Assembly: GCA_963749915.1 (NCBI GenBank)
Contig: CAVVOP010000020.1
Location: 192,001 to 256,000 of the forward strand
Length of the DNA stretch: 64,000 nt
From: an uncultured cyanobacterium
Lineage (GTDB): Bacteria; Cyanobacteriota; Cyanobacteriia; Cyanobacteriales; Cyanobacteriaceae
Direction: 5' to 3'
The position numbers were made by a program, and so were the translations under genes. The notes under the pieces are model-generated. The model was given only the letters and a program-made list of their open reading frames with translations. It was not told where the DNA came from and did no database searches. Positions 10,340 through 20,336 of this stretch are shown piece by piece. Every line of letters starts with the position of its first letter. Within the stretch, counting starts at the first letter, position 1.

Positions 10340-11899
10340 TTAAAGATGAACAGATTCCTCTTTTTCCTCTCCAGACATAGACACGGACTGGAGGAAGGGG
10401 GCAAGTTCCTTGTTTAATTGACCTGAGCGCATCAATTCAGCGTAAGTTTCCGCTTCAATGCCTAATAATTCCGCTTGTAGTTGTTCTGTCGTAAAACGTC
10501 TCAAATTGGGGTAGTCATTCTGAAGCTCTTCAATTTCTGTTTGCAGACGGGAAAGCTCTCCCCGCACCAGCGTCTCCCGATAACGGTAAAATTCTGGTTC
10601 AATTCCCGGTCGTTTTTCTGTTTGTTCTAAGTGTTGCAACACGCGATTGAGGGCAGACTGACGGGCGATCGCTTCCGAATACTTCTGGCGCAAAGGGAGG
10701 TCCCCCAAAAGGTTTAGGCCCGCCAGTAATGGCTTAGCAGTTAATCCCTGTACCAGCAGGGTAAATAGCACTGCTCCAAATACGGTGGCAATAATTTCCT
10801 CCCGTTCCGGTATCATGACCGGAATACTTAACGCCAAGGCAATGGAAACCGATCCCCGCAATCCTCCCCAGCACAACACCGTTTGCTCGGAAATCGAAAT
10901 TTGGGAATTAGCTAAACGATTGCTCAGAAAACCCAGACCATAAATAGATATTGCCCTTGTTAGGACCATAGCACCAACAGCGACGGCAATGGTTCCTAGA
11001 TGGTTTCCCAAGATGGCAAAGCGCACCTGGTCCCCAATCAGCAAGAAAACAATAGAATTGACAAAAAATGCCAAAAACTCCCAAAATTCGCAGACAATCA
11101 GTCGGGTGCGCGGGTTCATGCCAATACGTGAACCGAAGTTGCCCAAAATCAAGCCAGTGGTAACAACTCCAATCACCCCAGACCCTCCCATATCCTCGGT
11201 AATTAAGTAAGTCCCATAGGCAGAAACTAGGGTCAAGGACTGTTCCACCAGAGGCAGATCGAATCGCTGGGTTAGATAAGAAACGCCAAACCCAATCAGA
11301 CAGCCTACCCCTACCCCGATACCAACAACGGCGACAAACTCTACCAGAATTGGTTGAATACCTGCTTCTGTAATGCCCAGAGAGAGAGAAACTAAAAAAC
11401 TAAAAGCAACCACCGCCATGCCATCATTGAATAAACTTTCCCCCTCCATCAAAGTCGTCAGCCGTTCGTCAACCCCCAATTCCCGAAAGAGTGCCGTCAC
11501 GGAAACGGGATCAGTCGCCGACAGGCTAGCTCCGATCAACAGTGCCGTTGTCATGGGAATACCTGCTAGTTCCTGGAGTCCAAAGGCAAGTCCCAGAATG
11601 GATACTAGAACTCCCATCACGGCGTAGAGGCAGATAGGAATGAGATCTTGCTTCAAGTTTGACCATTTCAAATTCCAGGCGGCTTCAAAAAGCAGGGGCG
11701 GCAGGAAAATCAAGAGAATCAATTCAGGTGAGAGATTGACCAAACGCACATCCACCAGAGCCAGTCCTAACCCAACAATGACCAGCAAGAGGGTATAGGG
11801 AATCTGGCGAAACCAGCTAACCATTTGGGGCAAGGTTGCTACACTCAAAGAAACGGATAGGACAATCAGAAATTGTTTGAGTTGTTCTTCAATAGACAT
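10340..11899 (-). CDS. CPA1 (NhaP-type) Na+/H+ antiporter
   Basis: IFLPPLLFEAA, LSATDPV, EGESLFNDG and GGLRG motifs; C-terminal cytoplasmic tail. Confidence 0.92.
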   Translation of the reverse strand: MSIEEQLKQFLIVLSVSLSVATLPQMVSWFRQIPYTLLLVIVGLGLALVDVRLVNLSPELILLIFLPPLLFEAAWNLKWSNLKQDLIPICLYAVMGVLVSILGLAFGLQELAGIPMTTALLIGASLSATDPVSVTALFRELGVDERLTTLMEGESLFNDGMAVVAFSFLVSLSLGITEAGIQPILVEFVAVVGIGVGVGCLIGFGVSYLTQRFDLPLVEQSLTLVSAYGTYLITEDMGGSGVIGVVTTGLILGNFGSRIGMNPRTRLIVCEFWEFLAFFVNSIVFLLIGDQVRFAILGNHLGTIAVAVGAMVLTRAISIYGLGFLSNRLANSQISISEQTVLCWGGLRGSVSIALALSIPVMIPEREEIIATVFGAVLFTLLVQGLTAKPLLAGLNLLGDLPLRQKYSEAIARQSALNRVLQHLEQTEKRPGIEPEFYRYRETLVRGELSRLQTEIEELQNDYPNLRRFTTEQLQAELLGIEAETYAELMRSGQLNKELAPFLQSVSMSGEEKEESVHL

Positions 11900-11930
11900 C
11901 TTTTAAACGGATTTTTTTCTAATATTACAA

Positions 11931-13289
11931 CTAATTCCTCGGTTCTTCTTTCCCATTTCTTCCACGGGTCACCCTGACATCCAACACCGGAGTTTCAACG
12001 AGGTGAACGGTCATTGAGGCATAGGCAACACGACCTTCTGTACTCAAGAATTCATCAAGAATGCGGGTGAAGAGTTGGTCTTTTTTTCCCCGCCGATATT
12101 GGTAGTCAACAACGTATCGTAAGGTAAATTCTATCCAGTTGTCAGTGGTTACTAAGGTAACGGCTGGCTCAACCCTCGCGTCTTCGATTAAATACTTGTG
12201 TACCATTTGTTTCCAGTGAGTCTGAGCGAGGGAAATATACTCCCCCACGACCTCCTGTGCCACTTGCTGGAGAATTTCTCTGGCTAAGTGGTGATCGCTG
12301 CCATATTTAACCGGGATGATAATTTCATCCCAGACAAAGGGGAAATCTCCAGAGTAATTATACACAGGTTCTTTGAAGACAAAACTATTGGCAATGCGGA
12401 CGATGCGACCATTATACAAGTCAGCCTTGACCCAAGCTCCAATCTCCATCACCGTAGTTCGCAAAATACTAATGTCAATCACGTCGCCCATAATGCCCCC
12501 CAATTGTACTCTGTCACCTGGGCTGTAGAACTGTCCGAGGGAGATGGCGAGCCAACCAGCAACGCTGGCAATTACTTCCTGAAGGGCAAAGGCAATACCT
12601 GCACCGATCACCCCAAAGACAACGGTTAACTGACCCAAGCGATCGCTAAAGATAACGGTGATGAACAGGGCGATCGCCAAATAGCCGGTGAGAGTGATGA
12701 CCTTGCGCAGATGGTAGCTCGCTTCGGAGTTGGGAATGTAGCGCGGGAGAGAACGGCTAAGAGATCGGAAGATAAAGTTAATCACGACAATGCCGATACA
12801 GATAGCCACTAGCTTGATGACAACGGGTTGAGAAAACCAGCGTTGGATGGATCTGTAGAAACTACGCTCTTTTCGGTACTCAACGATAGCACCCCTTATT
12901 TTTTGTAGATATTCTGCGGCTAACTGCTGTTGAGTTTGACCGGCCGCCTGAGCATCAGCCTCCGTAATCCCGATAAGGACTGTGTCTTTTGAGGAGATAA
13001 TCGTTACTCCTTCCACCTCTGCAACCTGAAGGGAATCGAGAGGAATAGTGAAATCTCTAGCTACTCCCTCAATTCTGCCACTGATTTCTTTGGCTCGTTG
13101 TTGTGCTGAGGCTGGACCGAATTTTTCTCGGATGACGAACAGGGGTTCCTTATCCAAAACCACCGTAGCATCATGGAGCTTGTTTTCGGAGGTAGGACTT
13201 TGCTGGGAATGAGCTAAGGGATTCGTGAGGACAATGAGGCAGGTGACTAAAACAAATACGATCAAGGCTTGCCAAGGTTTTTTCATCAC
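11931..13289 (-). CDS. MscS-family mechanosensitive channel with N-terminal periplasmic domain
   Basis: GIAFALQE, PGDRVQLGGIMGDVIDI, IANSFVFKEPVYNYS. Confidence 0.9.
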   Translation of the reverse strand: MMKKPWQALIVFVLVTCLIVLTNPLAHSQQSPTSENKLHDATVVLDKEPLFVIREKFGPASAQQRAKEISGRIEGVARDFTIPLDSLQVAEVEGVTIISSKDTVLIGITEADAQAAGQTQQQLAAEYLQKIRGAIVEYRKERSFYRSIQRWFSQPVVIKLVAICIGIVVINFIFRSLSRSLPRYIPNSEASYHLRKVITLTGYLAIALFITVIFSDRLGQLTVVFGVIGAGIAFALQEVIASVAGWLAISLGQFYSPGDRVQLGGIMGDVIDISILRTTVMEIGAWVKADLYNGRIVRIANSFVFKEPVYNYSGDFPFVWDEIIIPVKYGSDHHLAREILQQVAQEVVGEYISLAQTHWKQMVHKYLIEDARVEPAVTLVTTDNWIEFTLRYVVDYQYRRGKKDQLFTRILDEFLSTEGRVAYASMTVHLVETPVLDVRVTRGRNGKEEPRN

Positions 13290-13329
13290 ACTAAAAACAG
13301 TTGAGTTGGAGAATCTCGATCAATTCAGT

Positions 13330-14052
13330 TTAACATGAGTCCGATTTATGATTAAATCTTTGGCAAAAATCTTGAATGAGTAAATCAAGAACAAAGGGAT
13401 CATTACAAGCATGATGCAATTTAGCGGCAAAAGGAATAAAAAGTTGGTGATTTTGCCAATAGCGTTTACCAAAATAAAAATAGGGTTGACCGATAATTTC
13501 GTCCCGACGCCAATGTAAGCTTAATCCGGTAAATTGCAAATTGGGCAAATTCCCAATAACACAGGAAAGTAAAAATGTTTTGGAATCGGCTCTTTGAGCT
13601 TGTCCATTTCTTATGTGGTCTAATTTTTGGCGATATTGAATAATAAAATCTTGGTAACTTATTTGGCTAACATTTTCTAACAACATTTCCCAGAAGCGGT
13701 CTTGTCCTCCAACTGCTACTGGAATTATTACACTGGGATTATCCAGAATAAACCACTGATTTTCAATAAGTCGTAGGTTAAAACAAAAATGATTTTTAAG
13801 AGTTTGAACTAAATGCCAAGTTAAGAAACTAAAGAAAGTTGCTCCTTCTGCTGGATTTGCTTGATACAATTTATAGGCATCAGTAACATCAAGTTGAATT
13901 GTTATATCAACACAAGGAACTTGAATTACATTTGGGTTAGTAAAAAAATCTAAAGACCAATTCAGATAGCCTTCTTTCGCTTTTTCATCTAATAATCTTG
14001 GTTGATATTGACTAGGAATAATCATAGTCCCGTTTTCTTCTCCTGTGGCCAA
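13330..14052 (-). CDS. Chloramphenicol-acetyltransferase (CatA)-fold acyltransferase, substrate unknown
   Basis: ITIQLDVTD, FNLRL, NLPNLQFTG, PYFYFGK and HHACNDP (CAT consensus HHAVCDG). Alternative ATG at 14025. Confidence 0.7.
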   Translation of the reverse strand: MATGEENGTMIIPSQYQPRLLDEKAKEGYLNWSLDFFTNPNVIQVPCVDITIQLDVTDAYKLYQANPAEGATFFSFLTWHLVQTLKNHFCFNLRLIENQWFILDNPSVIIPVAVGGQDRFWEMLLENVSQISYQDFIIQYRQKLDHIRNGQAQRADSKTFLLSCVIGNLPNLQFTGLSLHWRRDEIIGQPYFYFGKRYWQNHQLFIPFAAKLHHACNDPFVLDLLIQDFCQRFNHKSDSC

Positions 14053-14068
14053 TAGGTTTTATTTTTGT

Positions 14069-15877
14069 TTATTCATCACCTTCAGAGGGCTTTTGCTTAA
14101 GGGTCGAAATCCGAAATCCTGGTGCCATATAGTCTTTTGGTAAGTAAGCTTCTGGAATTGTACTCTGATTGCCATCTCGCATCGCTGAGTAATGAGGAGA
14201 CAAGATTTCAATATCTACTTCGTTGCATTTATCCTGGATATTTTGGTGGAGTTCTGAATAGATTCTCATCATCAGATTAGGCTGGTCTGTATAGGCATTG
14301 AGTTGATAACTGACGTAGAAATCGTCGAGGCTGGTTTGCAGGACGAAAGGCGGGGGATCTTTGAGGATGTGACCAGTGGCCAAAGCGGCTTGAATTAGGG
14401 TGTCGTTGACTTTCCGCCAGGGGAGATCGTAGCCCAAGGTGATGGTCGTCTGCATGATTAAATACCTATTTAACTCCCGTGACGCCACAGTGAAATTAAT
14501 CACATTCGTGTTGAGTAGGGATGAGTTGGGAACTGTAATGATTTTGTTTGTCACGGTGAGAATACGAGTCACTAGCAAAGTTTTTTCAAGCACATCCCCT
14601 ACCACATCTCCGATCTGAATGCGATCGCCAGCCTGAAAGGCACGGGTATAAATGAGAATAACTCCCCCGACAACATTGGCAATTGCCGTGGTAGAACCGA
14701 GAGAAAAGAGGATTCCCAGAAACACAGAAATTCCTCGAAATGCAGGGGAATCAAACCCTGGTAAGTAGGGAAAGGCAACGACGGCTGACAGAGCAATAAT
14801 CAAAATTACCAAAAGCCTATAAGTGGGTTCTCCCCAATCAGCATAAAATCCAGGAATGACCAGAGTTCTTGTTTCTATGGCCGTAAAAAATGGTTTGATC
14901 CCTCGCAATATGTAGTAGGTGATGGCGATAATTAGAACGAGAATGAAGATATTAGGAAGATACTGGCCAATCCCATTAAAGATCAGCTCCAGAGCTTGAA
15001 AGAGATACTCTAAAATACTTTCGCTGAAAGTCCTCGTCCAGGGGAATAAGCTCAAAACAAAACTAAGATAAATATAGGCAAAGATGAAAAGAATAATCAA
15101 ACGAACTAACTGGATTATACGAAGGCCTAATAGGCTAATTCTGTAGGATGATACTACTTCAAAATTCTGGAGTCTCACACTAGGAATTCGAGATTCAATC
15201 CAGTTTCTAATCCTGGGAAATATTCTGCCAGATCCTCGAATAATGAGGGCAAAAATAATCAGCAAAGCCACAGTGGATAAAGCAGTATAAATCAGACTTT
15301 GAAGCAATCGAGCAGGGCTGCGATCTTTTCGATATTGCTCGAGGGCAACTTTGATTTTTTGGAAGGCTTCTTTCGCCAATTCATCTTGGGGAGTACGATA
15401 GGTTCGAGCATCTTGAGCCGTAACCGTTAGAATAACATCTTTATCTAAGAGGATATAGATCAGTTCATTATCAGGATCAGAGACGATTTTTAGACTCTCA
15501 ATGGGGATTGAATCATCTTGAGCAATTTTTTCCAGTCTATTAGTAATCACACTTGCCCGATCTGCTGCGGAAAACGAACCAACCCCCCGACGGATCAGAA
15601 AAAGGGGCTTGCCATCTAAAACAACGGGAACCCCATCAATTTTATTGTCTGCTGATACCTGTGCCTGCGGTTGAGTTGTGTCTGGTGCTGTAGGATTTTG
15701 AGCTACCCCAAAAAGAGAGGGCGTCAGTGTCAGGAATAAAACTAGACTAAAAGTTAGTAAAACCCGCCAAACCTTCCTCAAGTTGCCCCGAAAAATTGGG
15801 TCTGAGCTGTTAATTAATGGGGTTGAAATTCGCTTTTTCATGCCCTTATTTTTCCCTTGATTGTAACAATTCTGCAA
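14069..15877 (-). CDS. Large MscS-family mechanosensitive channel
   Basis: SLGSTTAIANVVGG, AFQAGDRIQIGD, TVPNSSLL, QTSLDDFYVSYQL, EILSPHY. Confidence 0.9.
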   Translation of the reverse strand: MQNCYNQGKNKGMKKRISTPLINSSDPIFRGNLRKVWRVLLTFSLVLFLTLTPSLFGVAQNPTAPDTTQPQAQVSADNKIDGVPVVLDGKPLFLIRRGVGSFSAADRASVITNRLEKIAQDDSIPIESLKIVSDPDNELIYILLDKDVILTVTAQDARTYRTPQDELAKEAFQKIKVALEQYRKDRSPARLLQSLIYTALSTVALLIIFALIIRGSGRIFPRIRNWIESRIPSVRLQNFEVVSSYRISLLGLRIIQLVRLIILFIFAYIYLSFVLSLFPWTRTFSESILEYLFQALELIFNGIGQYLPNIFILVLIIAITYYILRGIKPFFTAIETRTLVIPGFYADWGEPTYRLLVILIIALSAVVAFPYLPGFDSPAFRGISVFLGILFSLGSTTAIANVVGGVILIYTRAFQAGDRIQIGDVVGDVLEKTLLVTRILTVTNKIITVPNSSLLNTNVINFTVASRELNRYLIMQTTITLGYDLPWRKVNDTLIQAALATGHILKDPPPFVLQTSLDDFYVSYQLNAYTDQPNLMMRIYSELHQNIQDKCNEVDIEILSPHYSAMRDGNQSTIPEAYLPKDYMAPGFRISTLKQKPSEGDE

Positions 15878-15956
15878 ATCACTGAATTAATCATAGGCTA
15901 ATTTGATTCCAGTACTGCGCTAACTTTTCACGGCAAGTCTCAAAGAATACGAGAAG

Positions 15957-16688
15957 CTAAATCGTTTCCTTGAATAACTCTAACACTTTCTCCCATGCGT
16001 CTTTTGCCGATTCTTGATGATAACTGGCTCTACGATCGCAAAAAAAGCCATGATTTGCCTTAGGATAACGGAATATTTGATGGGCAATGTTGTGCTTTTG
16101 TAACTCTGCCTCAATTTGATCTATTTGTTCAACGGGGATGCTAGGATCTTTTAAGCCAAAAAAGCCGTATATTTTACCTTTTATGTCCTTTGTACGCGTA
16201 ATTGTGGCAAATTTTTCATTAGGACACCAATTCGTTATTCCTGCTCCGTAAAATGAGGCTGTAGCTTTAATTTCTGGCAGGATTGCCGTTAAATATGTTA
16301 CATGACCACCGAAACAAAACCCTATACTGCCAACTCCTGTTTTTTTCACTTGGGGTAATTGATATAAATACTCAATGGTGGCTTGTATATCCCTTAATAA
16401 TTCTTCAGCTTTTGTCTTATTTTTATATTCCCTGCCGATTTCTATGTCCTTAGATGTATATCCTACGGCAAAATTGGGGGCTTGACGTTGATAAATAGCA
16501 GGGGCGATCGCCACATAACCTTCATTTGCAATGCGACAGGTAACATCTTTGATATGATCATTAACTCCAAAAATTTCTTGGATAACGATAACGGCGGGTA
16601 ATTCTTTTGTAGTTTGGGGATGAGCTAAAAAACCCTGAATAAGTAAATCTTGATTGGGAATACTAACGTTGGAAGTGATAATGTTCAT
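15957..16688 (-). CDS. Dienelactone hydrolase family protein
   Basis: IQEIFGVN, GFCFGG nucleophile motif, HGFFCD. Confidence 0.9.
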   Translation of the reverse strand: MNIITSNVSIPNQDLLIQGFLAHPQTTKELPAVIVIQEIFGVNDHIKDVTCRIANEGYVAIAPAIYQRQAPNFAVGYTSKDIEIGREYKNKTKAEELLRDIQATIEYLYQLPQVKKTGVGSIGFCFGGHVTYLTAILPEIKATASFYGAGITNWCPNEKFATITRTKDIKGKIYGFFGLKDPSIPVEQIDQIEAELQKHNIAHQIFRYPKANHGFFCDRRASYHQESAKDAWEKVLELFKETI

Positions 16689-16759
16689 AATTAATAATTA
16701 ATATTAGTTAGTACGAAAAAACCTCTTTGCCGCCATTGATCCTGAAAATTTTTGCTTCA

Positions 16760-17296
16760 TTATTCTCCACCAATAGAAACAGGTTGAATTAAAAAAGTAC
16801 TTGCTTTTTGGGCTACATTATCGCGCACTGTCATCGGGTGCAACTTAACTAAATTATCCGCTATAAAAGCATCTCTAACAATTAACTTTTCACCCACATT
16901 AAAATTAGTCTCATAAAAAACCTCTTGAATCCCTGCGGAAATAATCAACTTTAAACAAGAAATACAAGGTTCAAGAGTTACATAAATAGTCGCCCCATTA
17001 GTGGCAATACCATGTCTAGCGGCTTGGGCGATGGCATTTGCCTCCGCATGAACCGCCCTTGATGATAACGTTTTACTAGCATCACAACTACTCAAACCCT
17101 CATAACAAAAACCTTGCACAGTGCAATGAATCGAACCGGATGGAGAGCCATTGTAACCGGTAGCGAGTACTTGACGATTGTTAACAATTACTGCACCAAC
17201 AGGGAAAGCTAAACAAGTCGAGCGTGTGGCAGCCAATTTAGCCATCAGCATAAAATATTCATCCCAAGTTGGACGATCTTTTTCTTTATCTATCAT
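16760..17296 (-). CDS. dCMP deaminase (ComEB-like)
   Basis: WDEYFM, ATGYNG, HAEANAI, PCISC zinc motifs. Confidence 0.9.
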   Translation of the reverse strand: MIDKEKDRPTWDEYFMLMAKLAATRSTCLAFPVGAVIVNNRQVLATGYNGSPSGSIHCTVQGFCYEGLSSCDASKTLSSRAVHAEANAIAQAARHGIATNGATIYVTLEPCISCLKLIISAGIQEVFYETNFNVGEKLIVRDAFIADNLVKLHPMTVRDNVAQKASTFLIQPVSIGGE

Positions 17297-17317
17297 TAAA
17301 TAATCGATAATTAATTG

Positions 17318-18298
17318 TTAATTACTAATTGCTAATTGTTCTAGGGCTAAATTGATGTTATCGCGAACAGATCGCCCAGAAATATGCAACGCCTCTTTTT
17401 CCTTATCAGTGAGATTAAGCTCTAAAATTTGCTCAACACCAGAACATCCCAGACGACAAGGCACACCCAAATAAATATCATTTAACCCATATTCCCCTTG
17501 TAAATACACTGCCGCTGGTAACAAACGGGATTGATTTAACAAAACTGATTCAATCATCTGAAAAGCAGAGGAGGCTGGTGCATAATAAGCACTACCAGTT
17601 TTTAACAATTTGACGATTTCGGCACCGCCATCACGGGTGCGTTGTAATAATCTTTCAATAGTAGAATTATCCATTAATTCAGTTATGGGAATACCCCTGA
17701 CAGTACAATAACGGGCTAGTGGTAACATTAAATCACCATGACCACCCAATACCATACTTTGAACATCACTAAAAGAAACCCCTAATTCCATAGCAATAAA
17801 AGCCTGTAAACGTGCAGAATCTAGAACTCCAGCCATGCCGAACACTCGTTTAGTCGGTAAATTAGTGGTTTTCCAGACTAAATAAGTCATGACATCCAAA
17901 GGATTAGTAATCACCAAATAAAGAGCATCAGGAGAGTAAACAAGACATTTTTGAGCCGCTTCGGTGACAATTTTAACGTTGATTTTTAACAAATCTTCCC
18001 GACTCATGCCGGGCTTGCGGGCGATCCCGGCGGTAATAACTACTACATCGGAATTGATAGTATCTTGGTAGTCGTTAGTGCCGATAATATTACGATTATG
18101 TAATTCTAGACCTCTAGCCTCCATTAAATCAAGGGCGATTCCTTGGGGTAAACCCTCCACAATATCCAATAAACAAGTGTCCGCAAGATTACGCTCAATA
18201 ATTCTTTGGGCTAAAGTCTTACCCACATTACCAGCACCAATAATAGATACTTTTGGGAATTTATAACAAAGAGGTAGATTGAGAGATTTTGTCATCAT
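17318..18298 (-). CDS. mdh: Malate dehydrogenase (LDH-like)
   Basis: GAGNVG, TAGIARKPGMSREDL, NPLDVM, LDSAR, GGHGD, SAYYAP. Confidence 0.93.
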   Translation of the reverse strand: MMTKSLNLPLCYKFPKVSIIGAGNVGKTLAQRIIERNLADTCLLDIVEGLPQGIALDLMEARGLELHNRNIIGTNDYQDTINSDVVVITAGIARKPGMSREDLLKINVKIVTEAAQKCLVYSPDALYLVITNPLDVMTYLVWKTTNLPTKRVFGMAGVLDSARLQAFIAMELGVSFSDVQSMVLGGHGDLMLPLARYCTVRGIPITELMDNSTIERLLQRTRDGGAEIVKLLKTGSAYYAPASSAFQMIESVLLNQSRLLPAAVYLQGEYGLNDIYLGVPCRLGCSGVEQILELNLTDKEKEALHISGRSVRDNINLALEQLAISN

Positions 18299-18517
18299 TT
18301 ACTCCGCTAATTCAATATGAGAAAGTTTTAACCATACGCTAGGAGTAGGGGTATAAAATTTAACTAGGGCGTATTCATCCTTTAAATCTAAAATTTCTCC
18401 TTTGCTTTCAAAAATATAGGAGGGAAAACGACTATCACTGGCTTTAGCTTCTAAACTGTTAGCTAATTTTTCGGGAATAGCTTTTACAAATGCACCTTTT
18501 TTGATCGTACCTGCCAT
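18299..18517 (-). CDS. ndhO: NDH-1 complex subunit O
   Basis: 72-aa MAGTIKKGAFVKA...NSLEAKASDSRFPSYIFE..GEILD...PTPSVWL. True start is ATG 18517; the track extends to 18697. Confidence 0.9.
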   Translation of the reverse strand: MAGTIKKGAFVKAIPEKLANSLEAKASDSRFPSYIFESKGEILDLKDEYALVKFYTPTPSVWLKLSHIELAE

Positions 18518-18690
18518 AATGTTTATTTTAAAAGTATTTATTCTAATTATCTTCCAATTTTGCCATAATTTCTGATCAACTATCGGGCAACTGTTTAACC
18601 TAATCTTAAAAAATCCAGTTTTAAATGGCTGATTCAGCAACGCTTGAAAGGAGTAGAGATGAGATGGACTAAAAATTCTGCAATAGTTTT

Positions 18691-18737
18691 TAAACACGGT
18701 TTGTTCCTATGATAAAAATAGAAACAAACCGTGTTTA
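18691..18737. terminator. Strong hairpin just past the 6S RNA 3' end (terminator or processing stem)
   Basis: Perfect 15-bp stem TAAACACGGTTTGTT / AACAAACCGTGTTTA; lacks a clear U-tract on the - strand. Confidence 0.6.
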
Positions 18738-18740
18738 GTT

Positions 18741-18897
18741 AAAGTTTGCCGTCCCATGTCAGTATCTCACGGTCGAACAAGGAAGAGAACTTTACGGAAC
18801 TTATAATCAAGTTCTGAGTGGGTTAGTAAAAATGATTACCCATCCAGATGATTGGTTACTCGATTAACTACCCACACCTCAATACTGCGAGGGATTT
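18741..18897 (-). ncRNA. ssrS: 6S RNA (SsaA/SsrS)
   Basis: The - strand carries cyanobacterial 6S hallmarks as I recall them: 3' CTGACATGGGACGGCAAAC and a GAACTT..AAGTTCCGTAAAG hairpin. Closing stems TCCC/GGGA, CAGTATT/GATACTG and TCGAGTAA/TTGTTCGA. CATAAT -10-like box at 18908-18903. Ends approximate. Confidence 0.78.
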
Positions 18898-18926
18898 GAA
18901 AAATTATGTGTTGTGACAAGGATAGG

Positions 18927-18965
18927 GAAGAGGGGGAAGCTTTCGGGTGTAGGTTTTTAATATTT
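18927..18965 (+). repeat. 39-bp repeat, copy 1 (inverted copy at 23543-23581)
   Basis: GAAGAGGGGGAAGCTTTCGGGTGTAGGTTTTTAATATTT is the exact reverse complement of 23543-23581. Confidence 0.9.
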
Positions 18966-19070
18966 TGGCTACCCCCTTGACAAATGATCACGACTGAAAA
19001 GTTAGAAATAAAACCCGGTGGTTAGAACATAGTTGGTCACATTTTTTTGTGCTAAATTTTCTTCAGTGAT

Positions 19071-19730
19071 TTATCGAATCATCCCTTCGAGAGTTGCACC
19101 CACAACTCTGTGGTCAGGATCACATCTTAACTCAGCTAAAGCGGCTTTAGCTCTGGGATCGTCAAAAATACCTAAAGTTCTGGCAACCTGTCCTCTAATT
19201 GCTACAGTTTTATCAGTTGATAGAGCAAAAAGTAGTTCGATAGCGTCGTTTTCGTAAATAGTTCCTTTTAATAGCCCTAAATTATTAATAGCTGTTAATT
19301 TTATTACCAGTTCGTCTCCTTCTAATGCACAAAGACACAGTTGAAAGATAAGTTCAGGAGAATTGATTTCATTAATAACCGCAAAGATGCTTTCTCTTAT
19401 CAACCAGTGAGATTCCCTTTCAAAAAACTCTACAAGGTGGGGGATAGCCTTTTCTCCATAATTTGCCAGAGAGTTAGCTGCTTCTGCTTTCACATTGGGA
19501 TCTTCATCGTTGTCTATCAAATCCAATAGGCTTTGAAATCCTTCATCTGTTCTTTTATAACCTAAACCCATAGCGACAAACGAACGAATTATTAATTCTT
19601 TATCGTACATTCTCTGCCTAAGTAAAGGAACAACTACAGAAGGCTCATGATGTCTTAGGGCAACGATCGCCTTCATGCGATTTTGAGGATTGGGACTATC
19701 GAGAAAGGTTTTAATTTGAGTTAGTTCCAT
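19071..19730 (-). CDS. HEAT-repeat PBS lyase-like protein (NblB-like)
   Basis: HEAT/PBS repeats: RMKAIVAL, IRSFVAMGLG, VKAEAANSL, IRGQVARTLG. Confidence 0.75.
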   Translation of the reverse strand: MELTQIKTFLDSPNPQNRMKAIVALRHHEPSVVVPLLRQRMYDKELIIRSFVAMGLGYKRTDEGFQSLLDLIDNDEDPNVKAEAANSLANYGEKAIPHLVEFFERESHWLIRESIFAVINEINSPELIFQLCLCALEGDELVIKLTAINNLGLLKGTIYENDAIELLFALSTDKTVAIRGQVARTLGIFDDPRAKAALAELRCDPDHRVVGATLEGMIR

Positions 19731-19828
19731 GACTTTTTTTGGTAAAGTTTACAAATTTTAATCTTATTTACACTTATCTGAGGAATTGACGTTGTGGTGG
19801 CTACTTTAGCAGTTAAGCCCAAACTTAG

Positions 19829-20098
19829 CTACTGAATGTTATTTAACAGCCATAGGTAAGAAATTATTCCCAACATAGATAACCCGATCAGAACATCCCG
19901 TTGCTGGGTTAACCACTGCTGAGAACTTTGCAGAAAATAGCTTATGGTTAGCCGACGTTTTCTGCCCAATTCTGCCATTAAAGAGGCGACTTCAATATCA
20001 ACTTCTTCTAGGGAAATTCTCCCTTGCTGATAAGCGGTTTCTAATTCATCTAGATTCTGCCAGTATTTTTGGGTCGCTTCTTGAAGATTGGTCAACAT
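19829..20098 (-). CDS. Hypothetical protein with C-terminal transmembrane anchor
   Basis: 89-aa ORF with helical N-terminus and hydrophobic C-terminal segment. Confidence 0.6.
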   Translation of the reverse strand: MLTNLQEATQKYWQNLDELETAYQQGRISLEEVDIEVASLMAELGRKRRLTISYFLQSSQQWLTQQRDVLIGLSMLGIISYLWLLNNIQ

Positions 20099-20259
20099 TA
20101 ATTTATTAAATACTTTGTTAAGTTATATGAACTAATATAACAATTTATTAAAAATAATTGACAAATAAATTTTGAGTGTGTACCGAACTTTTAATTACGG
20201 TTGTTCCCCATGCACGGGGATATGGAGAAAAATCAGGCAATTTTTATGTTGTACTGGAT

Positions 20260-20292
20260 TAAGTAATAAGTAATAAGTAATAAGTAATAAGT
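20260..20292 (+). repeat. Heptamer tandem repeat (STRR-type) TAAGTAA x4+
   Basis: Read directly from the sequence. Confidence 0.85.
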
Positions 20293-20336
20293 GACACGAA
20301 TTTATTGCCTCCTGCCTTACCACCGCCGACAATTAT

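Noticed and set aside
13330..14052. Calling the gene cat (chloramphenicol resistance)
   Set aside because: Only fold-level similarity and an altered motif; the substrate cannot be inferred.
18518..18697. N-terminal extension of the 132-aa ORF 18299-18697
   Set aside because: NdhO similarity starts at ATG 18517; the extension runs through intergenic repeat and hairpin sequence.
20198..20225. GTTGTTCCCCATGCACGGGGAT resembles a type I-E CRISPR repeat
   Set aside because: Single copy, no spacer array and no cas genes; more likely a repeat or MITE end or a simple hairpin.
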